Made by a program: the position numbers and the translations under genes. A stretch of 64,000 nucleotides of DNA, taken from positions 90,458,001-90,522,000 of the forward strand of contig OZ360235.1 of NCBI GenBank assembly GCA_977017645.1, written 5' to 3'. The stretch is from Torpedo marmorata. Its lineage: Eukaryota. The notes below the pieces were generated by a model, which was not told the origin of the DNA, ran no database searches, and saw only the letters and a list, made by a program, of their open reading frames with translations. This document shows positions 25,200 through 37,760 of this stretch, one piece after another. Each line of letters opens with the position of its first letter. The stretch's first letter is position 1.

Positions 25200-25340
25200 G
25201 ACACCAAGATGGCTTGATTGATGTAATTCCAATATTCTGTCAAAGAGCCAATTGAAGGTAATTCCTGTTATGGTAAATTCAGCTCTCTGTTAACTAAAAC
25301 TTTGCTGATGTTTTGGCAAAGAACAATTAATCCTGGTCAG

Positions 25341-25462
25341 CGGAATTGAAAGTTTTTGGCATTTCTTCCACTGGATATAATTTTACATCCATTCTTGAAC
25401 AGCCTCCAAATAGTGACTGCATTATTTGGATCTCAGGAGAGTTCCACTTCCAAATGGAAAAT
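25341..25462 (+). pseudogene. Eph second FN3, first-half exon remnant
   Basis: CAG acceptor (phase 1), ELKVFGISSTGYNFTSILEQPPNSDCIIWISGEFHFQMEN, GTAAGG donor (phase 0); same split and phases as in Eph genes. Confidence 0.55.
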
Positions 25463-25619
25463 GTAAGGAAGCTGCACATTATAACCTGGGCCATCTTACG
25501 TCTAACTTCGCCCAGTAGTCCATTGCTGAAGTTTTTATATGGCTCAGATCTGTGGAAACTTGCAGTTGAGATATTGTCGGCTGGATTTGATGTGCTTTAA
25601 ACAAATAACGTCAGTGCAG

Positions 25620-25790
25620 TCCCGAAAATCAAGCTTGTGAAGTGTTTTGGAATTGTGGTCACCACTGAAACTGTGCAGTTTCAGCAGCCTACTTGTGCAC
25701 AGCACGATCCCTACAAAATCACTGTGTTTGCAATGAATAATGTAGGCTTGGGGGGCGAACGGTGTATTGACCATGATACTAGGGACTGTG
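25620..25790 (+). pseudogene. Eph second FN3, second-half exon remnant
   Basis: YKITVFAMNNVGLGGERCIDHDT fits the FN3 signature YxxxVxAxNxxGxG...T. Confidence 0.65.
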
Positions 25791-25944
25791 GTGTATATTC
25801 GTGGCATCAACGTGTTGAACTTTTGGAGCGTGGTTTCAAAAAATAGTTTTTCACTGAGCAACAGCAAATACCTGACTTCTGAAAGCTTCCAATGCTGCAC
25901 ACTCTCATTCCATTCACTTGCAGGAACTGAAGGAGGTCCAGTTT

Positions 25945-26055
25945 AACCAACTGCTTGCACGAAGGGCTCAGGCCTGAAACGTTGGATACCCTTTACTTCC
26001 AATGGATGCTGCATGACCTGCTGAGTTTCTCCAGCACGTTTGTGTGTTGCAGCTT
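25945..26055 (+). mobile_element. Penelope terminal-repeat fragment with degenerate hammerhead
   Basis: ACGAAGGGCTCAGGCCTGAAACGTTGG...TGACCTGCTGAGTTTCTCCAGCA. Confidence 0.75.
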
Positions 26056-26599
26056 CCACTTCATGCAGAATCTCTTGCATCTTGCCACATGCTTTGCAGA
26101 TTGTAGTTGGGGAGAAAAAAAATGAAGTCCTGATTGACTGACAAGAATTTCAATAAATTGTGCAGTTAAATTTTGATTTAAATTGAGCATGATGTCCTCC
26201 CCACATGTAAGTCTTCCTTGGCTCTGCATATCTTGATTTATGTGTGTTTATATTTTCTTGTATATGAGAACATTAAAAATAAAAACTGCAGTCAACCTGC
26301 TGCTTTATAAGGACACCCTGACCTTCCCGAACACCAACTCTTAATCTTTCATCATTTGAAAAATATTCTGCTTTTCTATTTTTCTACTGAGTGGTGTACT
26401 TCACAATGTTCTACTTGAAAGTTTATTTGTTCGTTCATTTTGGCATCTGTGTCAACTTGAAGACTTTCTGCATCCTCCTCATATATTATTCTGTTGAACT
26501 AGCTGAAGATCTACAAGGTTGGATATGTTTCGCATGGTCCTGACATCCAAGTCACTGAAACAGACTGTAAACTAGGGAACTTGGCACTGATCCCATGAA

Positions 26600-27295
26600 A
26601 AAAAATGGTGGTGCTGCCAGAGCTGCTGTGCTGGTGCGGACCCGGACCCAGGGAGCAGAGACGCAGCACTGCTCCGAAGGGTTCAATTGCCTGGTCCTAA
26701 TTCCGACGGTTCCGTACAGCTTTAACTGGCTTGTTAAAGGAGCCGACTGTGTTTTCATTAAAATCCTGCAACCGCAGGGTCTGTGCCCAAGATGACGGAG
26801 TCTGAGCTCGTCAGCGGCCACGAAGGGTTGCAGACTGCGGGGGGGGTGGGGGTGTAGCAGACCGATGCAGGGCACCAGAAATGGGGAGAACATCCCCCAT
26901 TGAGAAGGAGAAGCAGAGGAGAAGACCCGTCAGGATGGTGACCACAGTGGCTGACCAGCGAGGGGCTCAGCGGCTGAGCGACCCACACAGGTTTTGGGCG
27001 ACTTGCGATCGGGGGACCTGCAAGGACTGCAGGCTGCTGGAGACTGGTTCATGGGAACCAGGTATCGGAGCCAGGATTCGACGGGGAGCTGAGGGCAAGA
27101 AGAGCTTCCTGTTTTGGATCTGGAGCTCGGGTTGCCAATGAATCTAACTGGAGTCTGTGCAGCTCAGAGTCTGCGGGAGCACTGGAGGCGAGACCACAGA
27201 TACTCATTGTCTCTAAAGGGACTCTCTTTTGCTTTTCTTTCTCTCACTGTAAGGGGCGCCGGGTGACACTAATGGAGACTCTTCTATGTTTTTTA
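26600..27295 (+). mobile_element. Non-coding interspersed repeat, same family as 63873-64000
   Basis: 27208-27290 matches the reverse complement of 63915-63995. Confidence 0.6.
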
Positions 27296-27948
27296 CACAG
27301 CCGTTGAGTTCCAGAATTTTATTTCCAAAATTCCGGAACGCAGGCTGTGTAACAAGATCGGAATGGAAAAAGTGACTAATTTCCGTTCCAACATTTTACC
27401 TCCTGGACCTCTGGAAAGTTTTGTGGATCGCCTGCAGTCTAAACACAACTACAGGCGATCGGCAGCAAGGGGCTAATGAATATGACGCTTGATGACGTTT
27501 AAGCCGCGCGATGTTGCAGCGCGGGATTTTTAAATGTGCAGCCTGCAGACACAGATGATACACGTCACTGACGACGTTGACGCAGTGATGCTGTACGTCG
27601 CACGCAGGGTCTACGTCACGGTCGACGTCGACGCAGTGGCGTCCCACGTCCAGCCTACATAAATACCGCAACTCAGGTATTTAGTGTAAACGCGCGGTGA
27701 TATCCCAAATTTTGGAGTTTTGGTCATTCCTGTGTGAACGGCCACTCCGGAAGGTAAGTGTGAAACTTGTCGACAGAAAAATATCGTTAGTTATATGTAA
27801 AAAACATATTTGTCTTCCTTACAACGCAGGAGGCGGTTTCTGCAATTTGACATGTTCAGTACTATTACATAACAATGATGGAATCTTGAATCTAGTTACT
27901 GGTTCCCAACCTGGAAATAATCAATTTGTTCCTCCTCTTTGTTTTCAG

Positions 27949-28050
27949 TCAGTTAACCATTTGTCAGCCCATGCTAATCTAAATCTGACCTCTTGTGCTT
28001 TGTTTGTATTTCCATGCAAAGTGTCCATGCTGTTGGTCTTCCATAATGAG
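27949..28050 (+). pseudogene. Possible Eph transmembrane exon remnant
   Basis: Strong acceptor CTCTTTGTTTTCAG, hydrophobic LTSCALFVFPCKVSMLLVF, AG/GTGAC donor; lies between FN3 and kinase remnants. Confidence 0.4.
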
Positions 28051-28113
28051 GTGACAGTGTAAAGCCTTATGAAGATCATTTCATTGAAGTAATTGCTTTT
28101 AAGAAGTCTACAG

Positions 28114-28475
28114 TACATTGGATCCGAGTTGTTCACTTGCCATCATGAACTATTACAGACCAAAGGACTCATTGAAAGAAATTGATCCCTGTGAAATTCA
28201 CTATGATTCACTGACTGGGTCAAGCTTTCGTAATGGGACGTTCCTGCATTTCAAACCCGCCCAACTGAGGAAATTGGAATGCAGACCTCTAGGATTTTAT
28301 GATAAAAAGTTCACAGAAAAAGACAGTGCATACACTTATTGGGAGAGATTCACCAGAGAAGTTACTTGTGTATCTTGCTCACAGTACTAATCTAAAATAC
28401 ATCCTCAGCAGTGCAGGTCTCACTAGGTGTCAGTGTACGCCAATCCACAGCAACAATAATTGTGCCATGGACCAG
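28114..28475 (+). pseudogene. Eph juxtamembrane and kinase N-lobe remnant
   Basis: TAC ATT g GAT CCG (YIDP with a 1-nt insertion), KEIDPCEIHYDSLTGS, ERFTREV, GLTRC, NNCAMDQ then GTGAGT donor. Confidence 0.65.
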
Positions 28476-28664
28476 GTGAGTTGATGACTGTTCCTGCCGA
28501 ACTCCAGGGAACTATGCCATGGAGATGCCATTGTTATTATATCAAGTGACTGCATTATGGTGCCAGTCTAACCATTCTAGGCTCCACACTGCACTCTGCC
28601 AGCATTGAAGGCTTGTGTAATGAGAAATGCTATTACTACAATTATTGATAAGATGTCAGTGTAA

Positions 28665-28852
28665 AGTTCATCAACAATGATCAGATTTAGTTTCAATGGA
28701 CGCAGAATATTCCGACAAGGAATGAATATACATGTTGCAGCATCGTAGCAGCTGGTCATGTCTGCATGTGTCTTTGTTTGCTGCAAACTGGCTCGTGCAG
28801 CTCAGCTTCCAAAAGGATTGGAGACAACCGTATACATTTCTCTTTAATCTTG
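28665..28852 (+). pseudogene. Kinase subdomains VI-VII remnant
   Basis: DLVSM / QNI / GM in shifting frames, then HVAAS*QLVMSACVFVCCKL...ETTVY (compare AARNILVNSNLVCKV...EATY); HRD and DFG are lost. Confidence 0.45.
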
Positions 28853-29057
28853 TGAGTAAATTCTGTGTGTCTTGCAGCAGCATAAATCAGTTTTAAGGTT
28901 CCAAGTTCTTCAGAAGCTGCCGTCCCATCATTTTTGAGCAAGTAAAACAGTAAAATGAAGTACATTTGCCACTCATGCCATGTTAAGACCATGTGCATTA
29001 GCCCTTTTTAATAAGCCATAATGAAATGAGAAATAGTTGAAGGAAACTATCATTTAG

Positions 29058-29200
29058 GCTCTGAGCAGTGAGCTGATGTCTCCAAACCATAAACAAGAAC
29101 TGGGGAAGCTGATATAAATTTCACAAGATGCTTGACATCTCACACAGTGCTTTGTGAAATTGCCATGGGGATTGTTTGTATTTCCGATACCACCCCACTT
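29058..29200 (+). pseudogene. Kinase subdomains VIII-IX remnant
   Basis: After TTTAG: AVS(W)MSP...SQDA*HL / VLCEIAMG, compare PxRWxxPE...SDVWSFGIVxWExxxxG. Confidence 0.5.
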
Positions 29201-29204
29201 GAGG

Positions 29205-29700
29205 GTCATTGAGCACGGAACAGGCCCTTCGTCCCAACTCATGCATGCCGACCAAGTTGGCAACCTGGACTGGTCCCATTTGCCTGCATGTGGTCCATAT
29301 CCTTCTAAAGCCCTTCCATAGAACCATAAAATGCTACAGCACAGAAAACAGGCCATTCGGCCCTTCTAGTCTGTGCCGACCATTATTCCGCTAGTTCCAT
29401 TGACCTGTTCCCATTCCATAACCCTCCAGACCTCTCCCATCCATGTATCAAATCCACAAATCTGTCCAAATGTCTTACAAATGTCAAAACTATGCTCGAT
29501 TCTACAGTTTCCTCTGGCAGCTCATTCCAGATACCAACCACCCTCTGAGTGAAGAAAATTGCCCCTCTCATCTAAATCTATGCCTTCCAGTTCTAGAATC
29601 ATCTACCCTGGTGAAAAGACTGTGAGCATTCACTTTATCCTTGCTCTCATGGTTTTATAAACCTCTATAAGGTCAGCCATTAGTCTCCTTCACTCTTGGC
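29205..29700 (-). mobile_element. CR1 3' fragments
   Basis: FFTQRVVGIWNELPEE; two CR1 tails; continues at 30798-30985. Confidence 0.8.
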
Positions 29701-29704
29701 AATA

Positions 29705-30797
29705 AATTTTTAAATTTAGACATACAGGTACAGAATATTTTATCCGAAACCCTTGGGACCAGACACTTTACGGAATTCGGAAAGTGTCTGCTGATTTCAG
29801 ATTCGCGCAAAACAAAGACACACTCCAACTAGAAGGGTCTCTGGACCGGGGGGGGGGTTGCTGCGGTGGCGCTGGTCAGGGGGGTTTGCGGCGGCGCTGG
29901 ACGGGGGGTGTTTGCGGTGGCCATCTGAGCTCCTGACGCCCCGACAGTGACAGCGACCCTCGCCCCAGCAGTCCGCCAACCGTAGCTCCCGATTCCCAAG
30001 CCGCCCGCCTACTGGAGCTCCCGGCGTCCCTTCAGAGGACCCTCGCCCCAGCCGTCTGCCCACCGGAGCCCGCCCATCCGAGCTCCTGGCTGCGGATCCT
30101 CGCCCCGGACGCCCGCCCATCTGAGCCACCGACGCCCCGGTTGCCCGCCCATCCAAACTCCCAACCGCGGATCCTCGCCCCAACCTACCGCCCATCCGAG
30201 CTCCCGATTCAGACGCTGGACGGGTTGGGGTTTGCGGCGGTGCTGGACGGGGGTGTTTGTGGCAGCGCTGGACGGGGTGGGGCGTCCGGGCGTCGGGCCG
30301 TCTACAATGAATCGGGCGTCCGTATATGGCGAATTGGAGGCGCTGGACTCTGTTTTTCCGCTGGCACCTATAAAGTAAGGATTCCCTACGGTTCCACTAA
30401 TTACCGACATGGACCTACACAGGATATTCAAGTGTGAGTTGAGCGTGGGTCGCATCAGGTTATGTTTGGCGCCAAACGCGAGCTTTGGTGTGCAGATGAC
30501 ATCCATGGAAAAAATGTTCGGTTTTCTGAGGTTTTCGGTTTTAGAATTTCGGATAAAAGATTATGTACCTGTACAGCACGGTAACAGGCCCTTTCGGCCC
30601 ATGAGCCCGTGCCGCCCAATTACACCCAATTAACCTACAACACTGGTACATTTTGAACATGGGAGGAAACTGGAGCACCCAGAGGAAACTACGCAGACAT
30701 GGGGAGAATGTACAAAGTCCTTACAGATAGCGCCGTAACAGCATTGCGCTAACCGCTACACTAAAGGTGCCACCCCTAGGCTAACTGTGCCGCCCCA
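29705..30797 (-). mobile_element. V-SINE split by a MITE
   Basis: AAATTTAGACATA|CAGCACGGTAACAGG tail is restored when 29725-30573 is removed. Confidence 0.85.
29725..30571. mobile_element. Tc1/mariner (Tigger/pogo-like) MITE
   Basis: 25-bp TIR CAGGTACAGAATATTTTATCCGAAA (2 mismatches), TA duplication at 29723-29724 and 30572-30573; GC-rich internal repeats; no transposase. Confidence 0.9.
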
Positions 30798-31009
30798 GAT
30801 AAAGACCCAGCTTCACCTTGTAACTCAAGTCCTTTTGTCTTTGTAACATCTTGGTGAATCTTCCCTGCACCCCTTCCAAATTATTAAGGACCTTCCTCTA
30901 GCTGGGCAACTAGAACTGAACACAGTACTCCAAGTGTGGTTTCACCAATGCCTTGTACAGCTGAATCATGAAGTCCTGATGTTTGTACTCATCTTCTCTG
31001 TGCAAACAG

Positions 31010-31200
31010 ACCCCTGGGTGGTCAGATGTTATACAAGGTTCCAAAATCATACTCGTGCTGCAAATTGTGAAAGTGCCCACCACTGAACTATCCCTGATGT
31101 CTTTCAGCCCCACTGAATGTAAGGTCAGATTCAAAACTCTCAGCACAGTAGCACCAAAATGCTCAGGTCTCTGAACAACCTGAATTCAATGTATTGCTCA
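31010..31200 (+). pseudogene. Kinase subdomains X-XI remnant
   Basis: Acceptor CTCTGTGCAAACAG; DVIQGSKI, ANCESAHH*TIPDVFQ (DCPSALHQLMLDCWQ), VRFKTL, KMLRSLNNLNSM (Eph DKMIRNPNSLK). Confidence 0.6.
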
Positions 31201-31280
31201 AACACCGAGACATTGAGCTGAATTCAATAAAGTTACATTTCTGGAATGACCTCTGGTCATTTTGTTTCGTCTCTGCTCAG

Positions 31281-31410
31281 TAAACTTAACCAGGACAACA
31301 CTTTGGGAGTTCACTTCCTGATCTTGGAAGATGAAACAGTGTTCCTATTGTTGACTGTGATTCAGTGATCAATGAAGAACAAATGAATTTGCGTGCTATT
31401 GTTCGCCAAC
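31281..31410 (+). pseudogene. SAM domain first exon remnant
   Basis: TLGVHFLIL/KMKQC (TVxEWLxxIKMxQY) and DSV..QMN. Confidence 0.4.
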
Positions 31411-31429
31411 CACAGCACTCACCCTGAAG

Positions 31430-31815
31430 TTGGAAGGTGATGGGTTCAAGTCCTGTCCAAGCTGACTCTAAGCTGGCACTCTTTGCAGCGTTGAGAAAGC
31501 TTGAACAACCAGAGCTGTTGTCCTTCAGACAAGACCTCTAATGTCATCTTGTGAATGTAAAAGGTTCCATGACGCAGCTGAAGAAAGTTGGGAGGTTTCT
31601 CCCTTTCTCCTGACCGATCTTTGGCCCTTGACCAGCTTCTCTGAAAACCAGTAAACTGATAGCAACACAGTGATGCTTGTCCAACCCTGCTGCCTGAGAG
31701 ATCGTTTGCCATGTTGCTGCATCACTGCAGCGTCGACGCTTCAGAAGCATTTAATGTATTGCAGTGTGTGTTGGAATAAGCAAAGGACACGCGAGATTGC
31801 TACATGAACACGGTG
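31430..31815 (+). mobile_element. Old Deu-domain SINE (SacSINE/AmnSINE-like), highly diverged
   Basis: GGGTTCAAGTCC B box and Deu-like 3' part; similar remnants at 31880-32030, 33190-33300 and 56240-56540 (-). Confidence 0.55.
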
Positions 31816-32805
31816 CTATTTTTCATGACCTCTGGGTGAAATATTAACTTTGCTCTCTCAGTTGTCCTCTGACCCTTTTTCGAAGAAGAATGGTGTGGAT
31901 TTCCTGCACAATCTTGGAATATATTCATTGCTCAGTCAACATTAGTAAAGCATTGATTCTGTAGTCATGATCATATTGTTGTATGTGTGAACTTACTCTG
32001 GGGAAAATTTGCTTCTGCATAACGACATTGAGTCATCCTACGTACATGGTTGTTGCTCAATCATCTTGGGCTCAAGACGTGGCCACAAGAGCTCCTCAGG
32101 GAGTCCCCGAGAGCCAAAAAACTTCCTCCTTCTCAACGGGGGATGTTCTCCTCCTTCCATCACACTGAAGTGGAGATGTTTGCTGTTGATTGCACAACAT
32201 TCAAGTCTATTTGCTAATTAAGCAGTCCATGTCCAAACAACATGCAGGTTTGCGTTTGCCAGTGGCAAGTCACATTTGCGCCAGGCAGTAGCCTTCACTG
32301 ACAAGAGAGCCCAATCACCCTTTGATATTGAACAGATCCAGATTCTCACACCAGAGTTAAGAGTTCTTTATGTAATCTCGTTCAGGTTTGCAGTTGTTAA
32401 TTCTTCAGCCAGTTGGTCACATCACGGTGTTCATCAGCCAAAATTCGATAAAATGACTGATACCAGCATCTGACGTAATGAGGAGGAGTTGTGGGATATC
32501 AATGTAGCATCATCCTCCACCTCTCCCCAACTCCTCAATGGGTTTCTTCCATGGAGTCTTCCTCTCTGGCCTCCCACACTCCAGGTGAACACATGATCTC
32601 ACTGGGACGGGTGTAGTTAGTGAACACCACCCACTGATGCCAAGGTCGAGTGATCCTTGCTCCTTGCGGGAACAAAGAGTGGGTGACTTGGAAGGTCCCA
32701 GCTCACTGAGCAGAGGGAGACTCCAACCTGATAACGTCACTTTTGGCATGTTGGATACTCTGGCCCATTGAATGAGGGGAACGTTCAGGTGCGTTGGTTT
32801 GGACA

Positions 32806-32903
32806 GTGTTGGTTTACTGATTGCTGGTTTATTTGTGTTGGTTTACTGATTGCTGGTTTATTTGTGTTGGTTTACTGATTGCTGGTTTATTTGTGTTGGT
32901 TTA
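32806..32903. repeat. 29-bp tandem repeat, about 3.3 copies
   Basis: GTGTTGGTTTACTGATTGCTGGTTTATTT. Confidence 0.92.
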
Positions 32904-33476
32904 TTCACTTTGGTTAACTCATATTTAACAGTGTTGGTTTACCAGTGCTAGCTTACAAATGCTTGCATGTTTTCAGACAGTATGATTCACCCAATCTGTG
33001 ATGCAAGAATAATTTTCATTCCAAGACTAAAATAATTTATTTTAATGATGTTATAAGCTATGGCTGATCTTTGCTCATGTTCTGAGCCCTTGTACCTGTT
33101 ACTAGACAGACATAAACTCTCCCGTGCACTTTCAAACTATGACATGATGTTTTCTTCCAGATTCTCTCTCAACCAGCACACCATATACAGATCAGCTTCA
33201 TTGCTGTTTGTGAAAGCTCTCTGTGCACAATTTGGCTGTGTTCCAACAGTGCTTCACTTCAAGAAGTGTTTCATGGTTGTTGAATGCTTTGGACTGCTAC
33301 GTTACTCAGCATATTGCAGCCCAGAAACAAGCCATTCACCCCAACCAGTCCCTGTGTAATTTTGCTCCTCCCCTGATTTAGTAATCAGCAAAGCTCGGTC
33401 CCCCGTTGCTTCATGTTCTTGTCCAGTTTCCTCTCATTACACTGTTTGTCTCATCTATTACCCTTCACATTATCAT

Positions 33477-33674
33477 AGGGGCAGCACGGTTAGCGTAGCG
33501 GTTAGCGCAACACCGTTACAGCGCCAGCAATCGGAACCGGGGTTTGAATCCCGCACTGTCTGTAAGGAGTTTGTACGTTCTCATACCGGGGGTTGTAGGT
33601 TAATTGGGTGTAATTGGGTGGCACGGGCTCGAGGGCCGAAATGGCCTGTTACTGTGCTGTATGTCTAAAAAAAA
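33477..33674 (+). mobile_element. V-SINE with internal deletion
   Basis: Head and tail intact, core of the V domain missing. Confidence 0.88.
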
Positions 33675-35757
33675 TCACCACTTTAGATGAAGATCTTCTT
33701 CTGAATTGCTTTAGCAACTCCCTCATCCTATTGGCCTCCCACACTTTTGTCTGTAAAAATCCTGTCTAATTTTAGCAACTTTGGTTAGGCTAAGCCTCTG
33801 TCCTCTTTAAAAAATAAAGTCTGTTCATTGCTTTCTGCTGGTTATAATCTTACGATTCTGGTCCATCCTTGTTTATATACGCACTACACCCTTCTACTAT
33901 TCATTTCTGCCATCCAGCAGTAAACTCATGGTTATTTTTGTGGTCTTATTGTCATGATGCACATTCAAACATTTGTACTCCCACATCCCTCGAGTCTTCT
34001 GCACGATTTACATTGATTTGTCAACTGACCTGTCATTTTCTTTCCAAAATGCAACACCTCACATTTGCCTGCATTGAAAGTGACTTGCCAATTACAGATG
34101 CATTGTGTAGGATTATTTATCTTCTCATTCATTCGTTCTCTGTCACTGTCAATTTCATGTTGTCTCCAATTTTAAGATTTTGTTTCTAATTTCCAAATAT
34201 TATTGGACATCAGTGGGCTTCAAAGTAGCAGTGCTGCGAGTATTTACAATGTATTGCAAAACCAGTTGAAGGAAACAACAGTGAATGAATGGTGTTCATT
34301 AATGCCCCCTCCCCACTCCTAATATTGCCCTCAAATTTGAGATTTTGTTTCTTTAATTTCTAAATCTGAATTATTGATATAAATCATAAATACTCAGGAT
34401 TCGAGTGTTGAAACTTGCAGGGCCACTTCCCATTTTCTGCCACTCCAGAATATAGGAACACAAACAATCAGAGGGAGAGGAGGTCACAAACCTCAGTATC
34501 TAGAAAGCAGATGTGACATGTTTCCCCCCCCCCCCCCGGCCACAGTCCCCTATTTGTGAGCCTTCAAGGTGGGTGGGGGTGGTTTCTGGGCACATGGGAG
34601 CTTCCACTGGACACCGGCGTCCACCACTTTTTGAGCCCATGCAGAGGAGGCGAATAAAATCAGTGGATCATTCATCTCAAGCAATGCTTCCTGGATTGCT
34701 CAGGAGGCAGTTTATAGTTTTCAGCCCAATACACGCAGAAGGTCTACAACCTGCCAATAATGGTGGTTGGGTCCCTTGCCTGGTGACGATCAGCAGGTGA
34801 GGGAAGAGGAGAAGCAGTCAGCTGATTTGGTGGGACATCTGATGACATCACGCCTTCCATTGCCAGTTCCTCCAGTTGTTGTCACACCTTCAACCTCCCT
34901 TTGCAGGCCTTATCACCGTTGATTTGCCCACAATTGCTGAATGCAAGGCCACATCACGTCAACATTCAGAGAGCTTCACAGCATGAAAACAGGCCCTTCG
35001 GCCCAATCCATCCATGCGAACTAACTTGTCCAGTCCCATTTGCCTGCCTTTGGTCCGTATCCCTATGAACCTTTCCTATCCATGTACCTGTCCAAATGTC
35101 TTTCGAGCATTGGAATGTTTCGTTCAGCGAGAGAGTAAAAGATACAAATATCTTTCTCTCACTCTCTGACTGCTCCCATGCAGGACTGCACAAAAGTTGG
35201 TGGACAGCTGCATTCCTGCATTGGAAGAGGAGTTGGCCTTCAGCAACTCTGCAGCTAGAAGGCGCAGCTTCACATTGCATGCAGTCACTATGACCTGGGC
35301 CCACTGACCTGCAGCAGCAAGGGAATTCGCTGTCAACTGCTCTGGGACCACCAGAGAACTGTCTGCACTATTTTCTTGCACTAAAAGCAATTGTGAATAT
35401 TTGTTTATATCTTCTTCTGTCTTGGAATATTGTGGTGATTTAATTTATACTATTGTAGTTAGTGTATCTTATCTTACTGATTTGGCTGCAACATGTAAAG
35501 ATTTCGGTGCATCTGCACATATGTAATGACTATAAACTCTCAACTCAACATCTCATCTCATTGCCATAGTGACAGGTGTGGGATCACAACTGCTCTCTGT
35601 CATCTTGAAACAAGACAGCAGATGTATTCCTCAGAGCCATTGACCCAAATTGGTGCCTTGACAATCCTCCTCATCTGTTGGAGTCAAGCCACAAAGCATC
35701 TTTTAACATGTGTGCACAAAGTCCTGCTGTTGGACTAGTTTTTGGACTAGTTGGACA

Positions 35758-35990
35758 CAGGCAGCATGGTTAGCATAGCGGTTAGCGCAACGCTGCTGCA
35801 GCACCAGCGATCGGGAATAGAGTTCGAATCCCGCGCTGTCTGTAAGGAGTTTGTACGTTCTCCCCGTGTCTGCGTGGGTTTTCCCCGGGGGCTCCGGTTT
35901 CCTCCCATCATTCAAAACGTACTGGGGGTGTAGGTTAATTGGGTTCGTGGGCTGAAATGGCCTGTACCGTGCTATATGTCTAAATATTTT
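35758..35990 (+). mobile_element. V-SINE copy
   Basis: Consensus match. Confidence 0.9.
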
Positions 35991-36290
35991 TTTAAAATTA
36001 AAAAAATATTCCCTTATAGCAAACAAAGAATTGCTGGAGGAACTCAGCAGGTCAGACAGCATCCATGGGTAGAAATGGTCAGTCAACATTTCAGGGTGAT
36101 GAAGTCTCAATAAGGGGTCCAATGTAAAGATAAAGGCAACTCGTCTCTTGCCTATCAGCTCAGAGAGCACCACCTTGAGGGAAGGTGAGAAGGGACCCGA
36201 CACATTGACTGACCATTTCTACCCATGAATTGTTGTCTGACCTGCTGCATTCCTCCAGCAAAGCTTTTGTTTCCCCAAGAAATTGTAATT

Positions 36291-36550
36291 GGGCGGCACG
36301 GTTGGCATAGCGGTTAGCGCAACGCCTTTACAGCGACAGCGATCGAACCGGACCTGGGTTCGAATCCCACGCTGTCAGTAAGGAGTTTGTACGTTCTCCC
36401 CGTGTCTGCGTGGGTTTTCCCCGGGGGCTCCGTTTTCCTCCCACCCTTCAAAATCGTACCGGGGGTGTAGGTTAATGGGGTGTAAATTGGGAGGCACAGA
36501 CTCGTGGGCTGAAATGGCCTGTTACCGTGCTGTATGTCTAAATTTAATTT
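36291..36550 (+). mobile_element. V-SINE copy (full length)
   Basis: GGGCGGCACGG start, B box, V domain, TGTATGTCTAAAT tail. Confidence 0.92.
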
Positions 36551-36884
36551 TTTTTTAAAAGATTCCAGCATCTGCAGTATTTGTGTTTCTCTTTCCCCAA
36601 TAACCTGGCAGCATTTCCCTTCTCACCTTCCCTCAAGGTGGTGCTCTCTGAGCTGATGGGCAAGAGTATCAGATGGAGTGACAGGTTGCCTTTATCTTCA
36701 CATTGGCTTCCCAGCATTTTATGCGTGGCCGGATATCAATCAAGCAAAAATGTCAGATGCTGGAAATCTAAAATAAAAGCAGAAAATGTTTGATATACTT
36801 AGCAGGTCAGGCTGTGTCCGTGGGAAGAGAAACAGAGTAAACGCGACAGGTCAATGACTCTCTGTCAGAACAGTGAAGGAGGAA

Positions 36885-37760
36885 ACCTGCAGGTTGAGTC
36901 GGTAGTAAGGAAGGCAAATGCAATGTTAGCAATCATTTCAGTTGGACTAGAATATAGTGGGGCAGCACGGTTAGCATAGCAGTTAGCGCAACGCTGTTAC
37001 AGCGTCAGTAACCCGGGTTCAAATCCGGTGCTGTCTGTAAGGAGTTTGTTCGTTCTCCCCGTGTCGGCGTGGATTTCCTCCGGGTGCTCCAGTTTCCTCC
37101 CACCCTTCAAAACGTACCGGGGTTGTAGGTCAATTGGGTTTAATTGGGCGGCATGGGCAGGTGGGCCGAAAGGGCCTGTTACCGTGCTGTATGTCTAAAT
37201 TTATAAAGGCAAAGATGTAATGCTGAGGCTTTGTGAGGCATATTGGTCAGAACACATTGGGACCTTTGCAAGCAGTTTTGGGCCCCATATCTGGAGAAGG
37301 ATGTGGTGGCATTGCAGAGGCTCCAGAAGAGGTTTACGAGAATGATCCATGGGATGAAAGGGTTAACGCGTGAGGAGTGTTTGATAGCTCTGGACGTTAC
37401 TCGCTGCAGTTGGGGGTTCTCATCGAAACGGCCCGAGTATTGAAAGGGCTGAATAGAGTGGACGTGGAGAAGATTCAGCAGTGGGAAAGTCCAGGACCAG
37501 AGTGCACAGCCTCAAAGTAAAAGGATGTCCCTTTAGCCAGAGGGTGGTGAATCTGTGGAATTCGTTGCCACAGACGGCTGTGGGCCAGGTCACTGAGAAG
37601 ATTTGAAGCAGAGGTTGATTGATTAATGAGGGTGTCAAAGGTTACGGGGAGAAGGCAGGAGAATGGTGTTGAGAGGAAAAGTACATCAGCCATGATTTGA
37701 ATGTCAGAGCAGCGTCGATGGGCTGAATGGCCTAATTCTTCTCCAAACTCTTATGGTCTA
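36885..37760 (+). mobile_element. CR1 3' fragment with a V-SINE inserted at 36959-37203
   Basis: QFWAPYLEKDVVALQRLQKRFTRMI; CR1 tail; SINE consensus inside. Confidence 0.88.

Noticed and set aside
27296-27745. Possible MITE ending in GTGTGAACGGCC with GACGT-rich interior
   Set aside because: Left terminus too degenerate and no TSD could be defined.
36291-36370. tRNA genes
   Set aside because: A/B boxes belong to SINE heads followed by the V domain; no complete cloverleaf.
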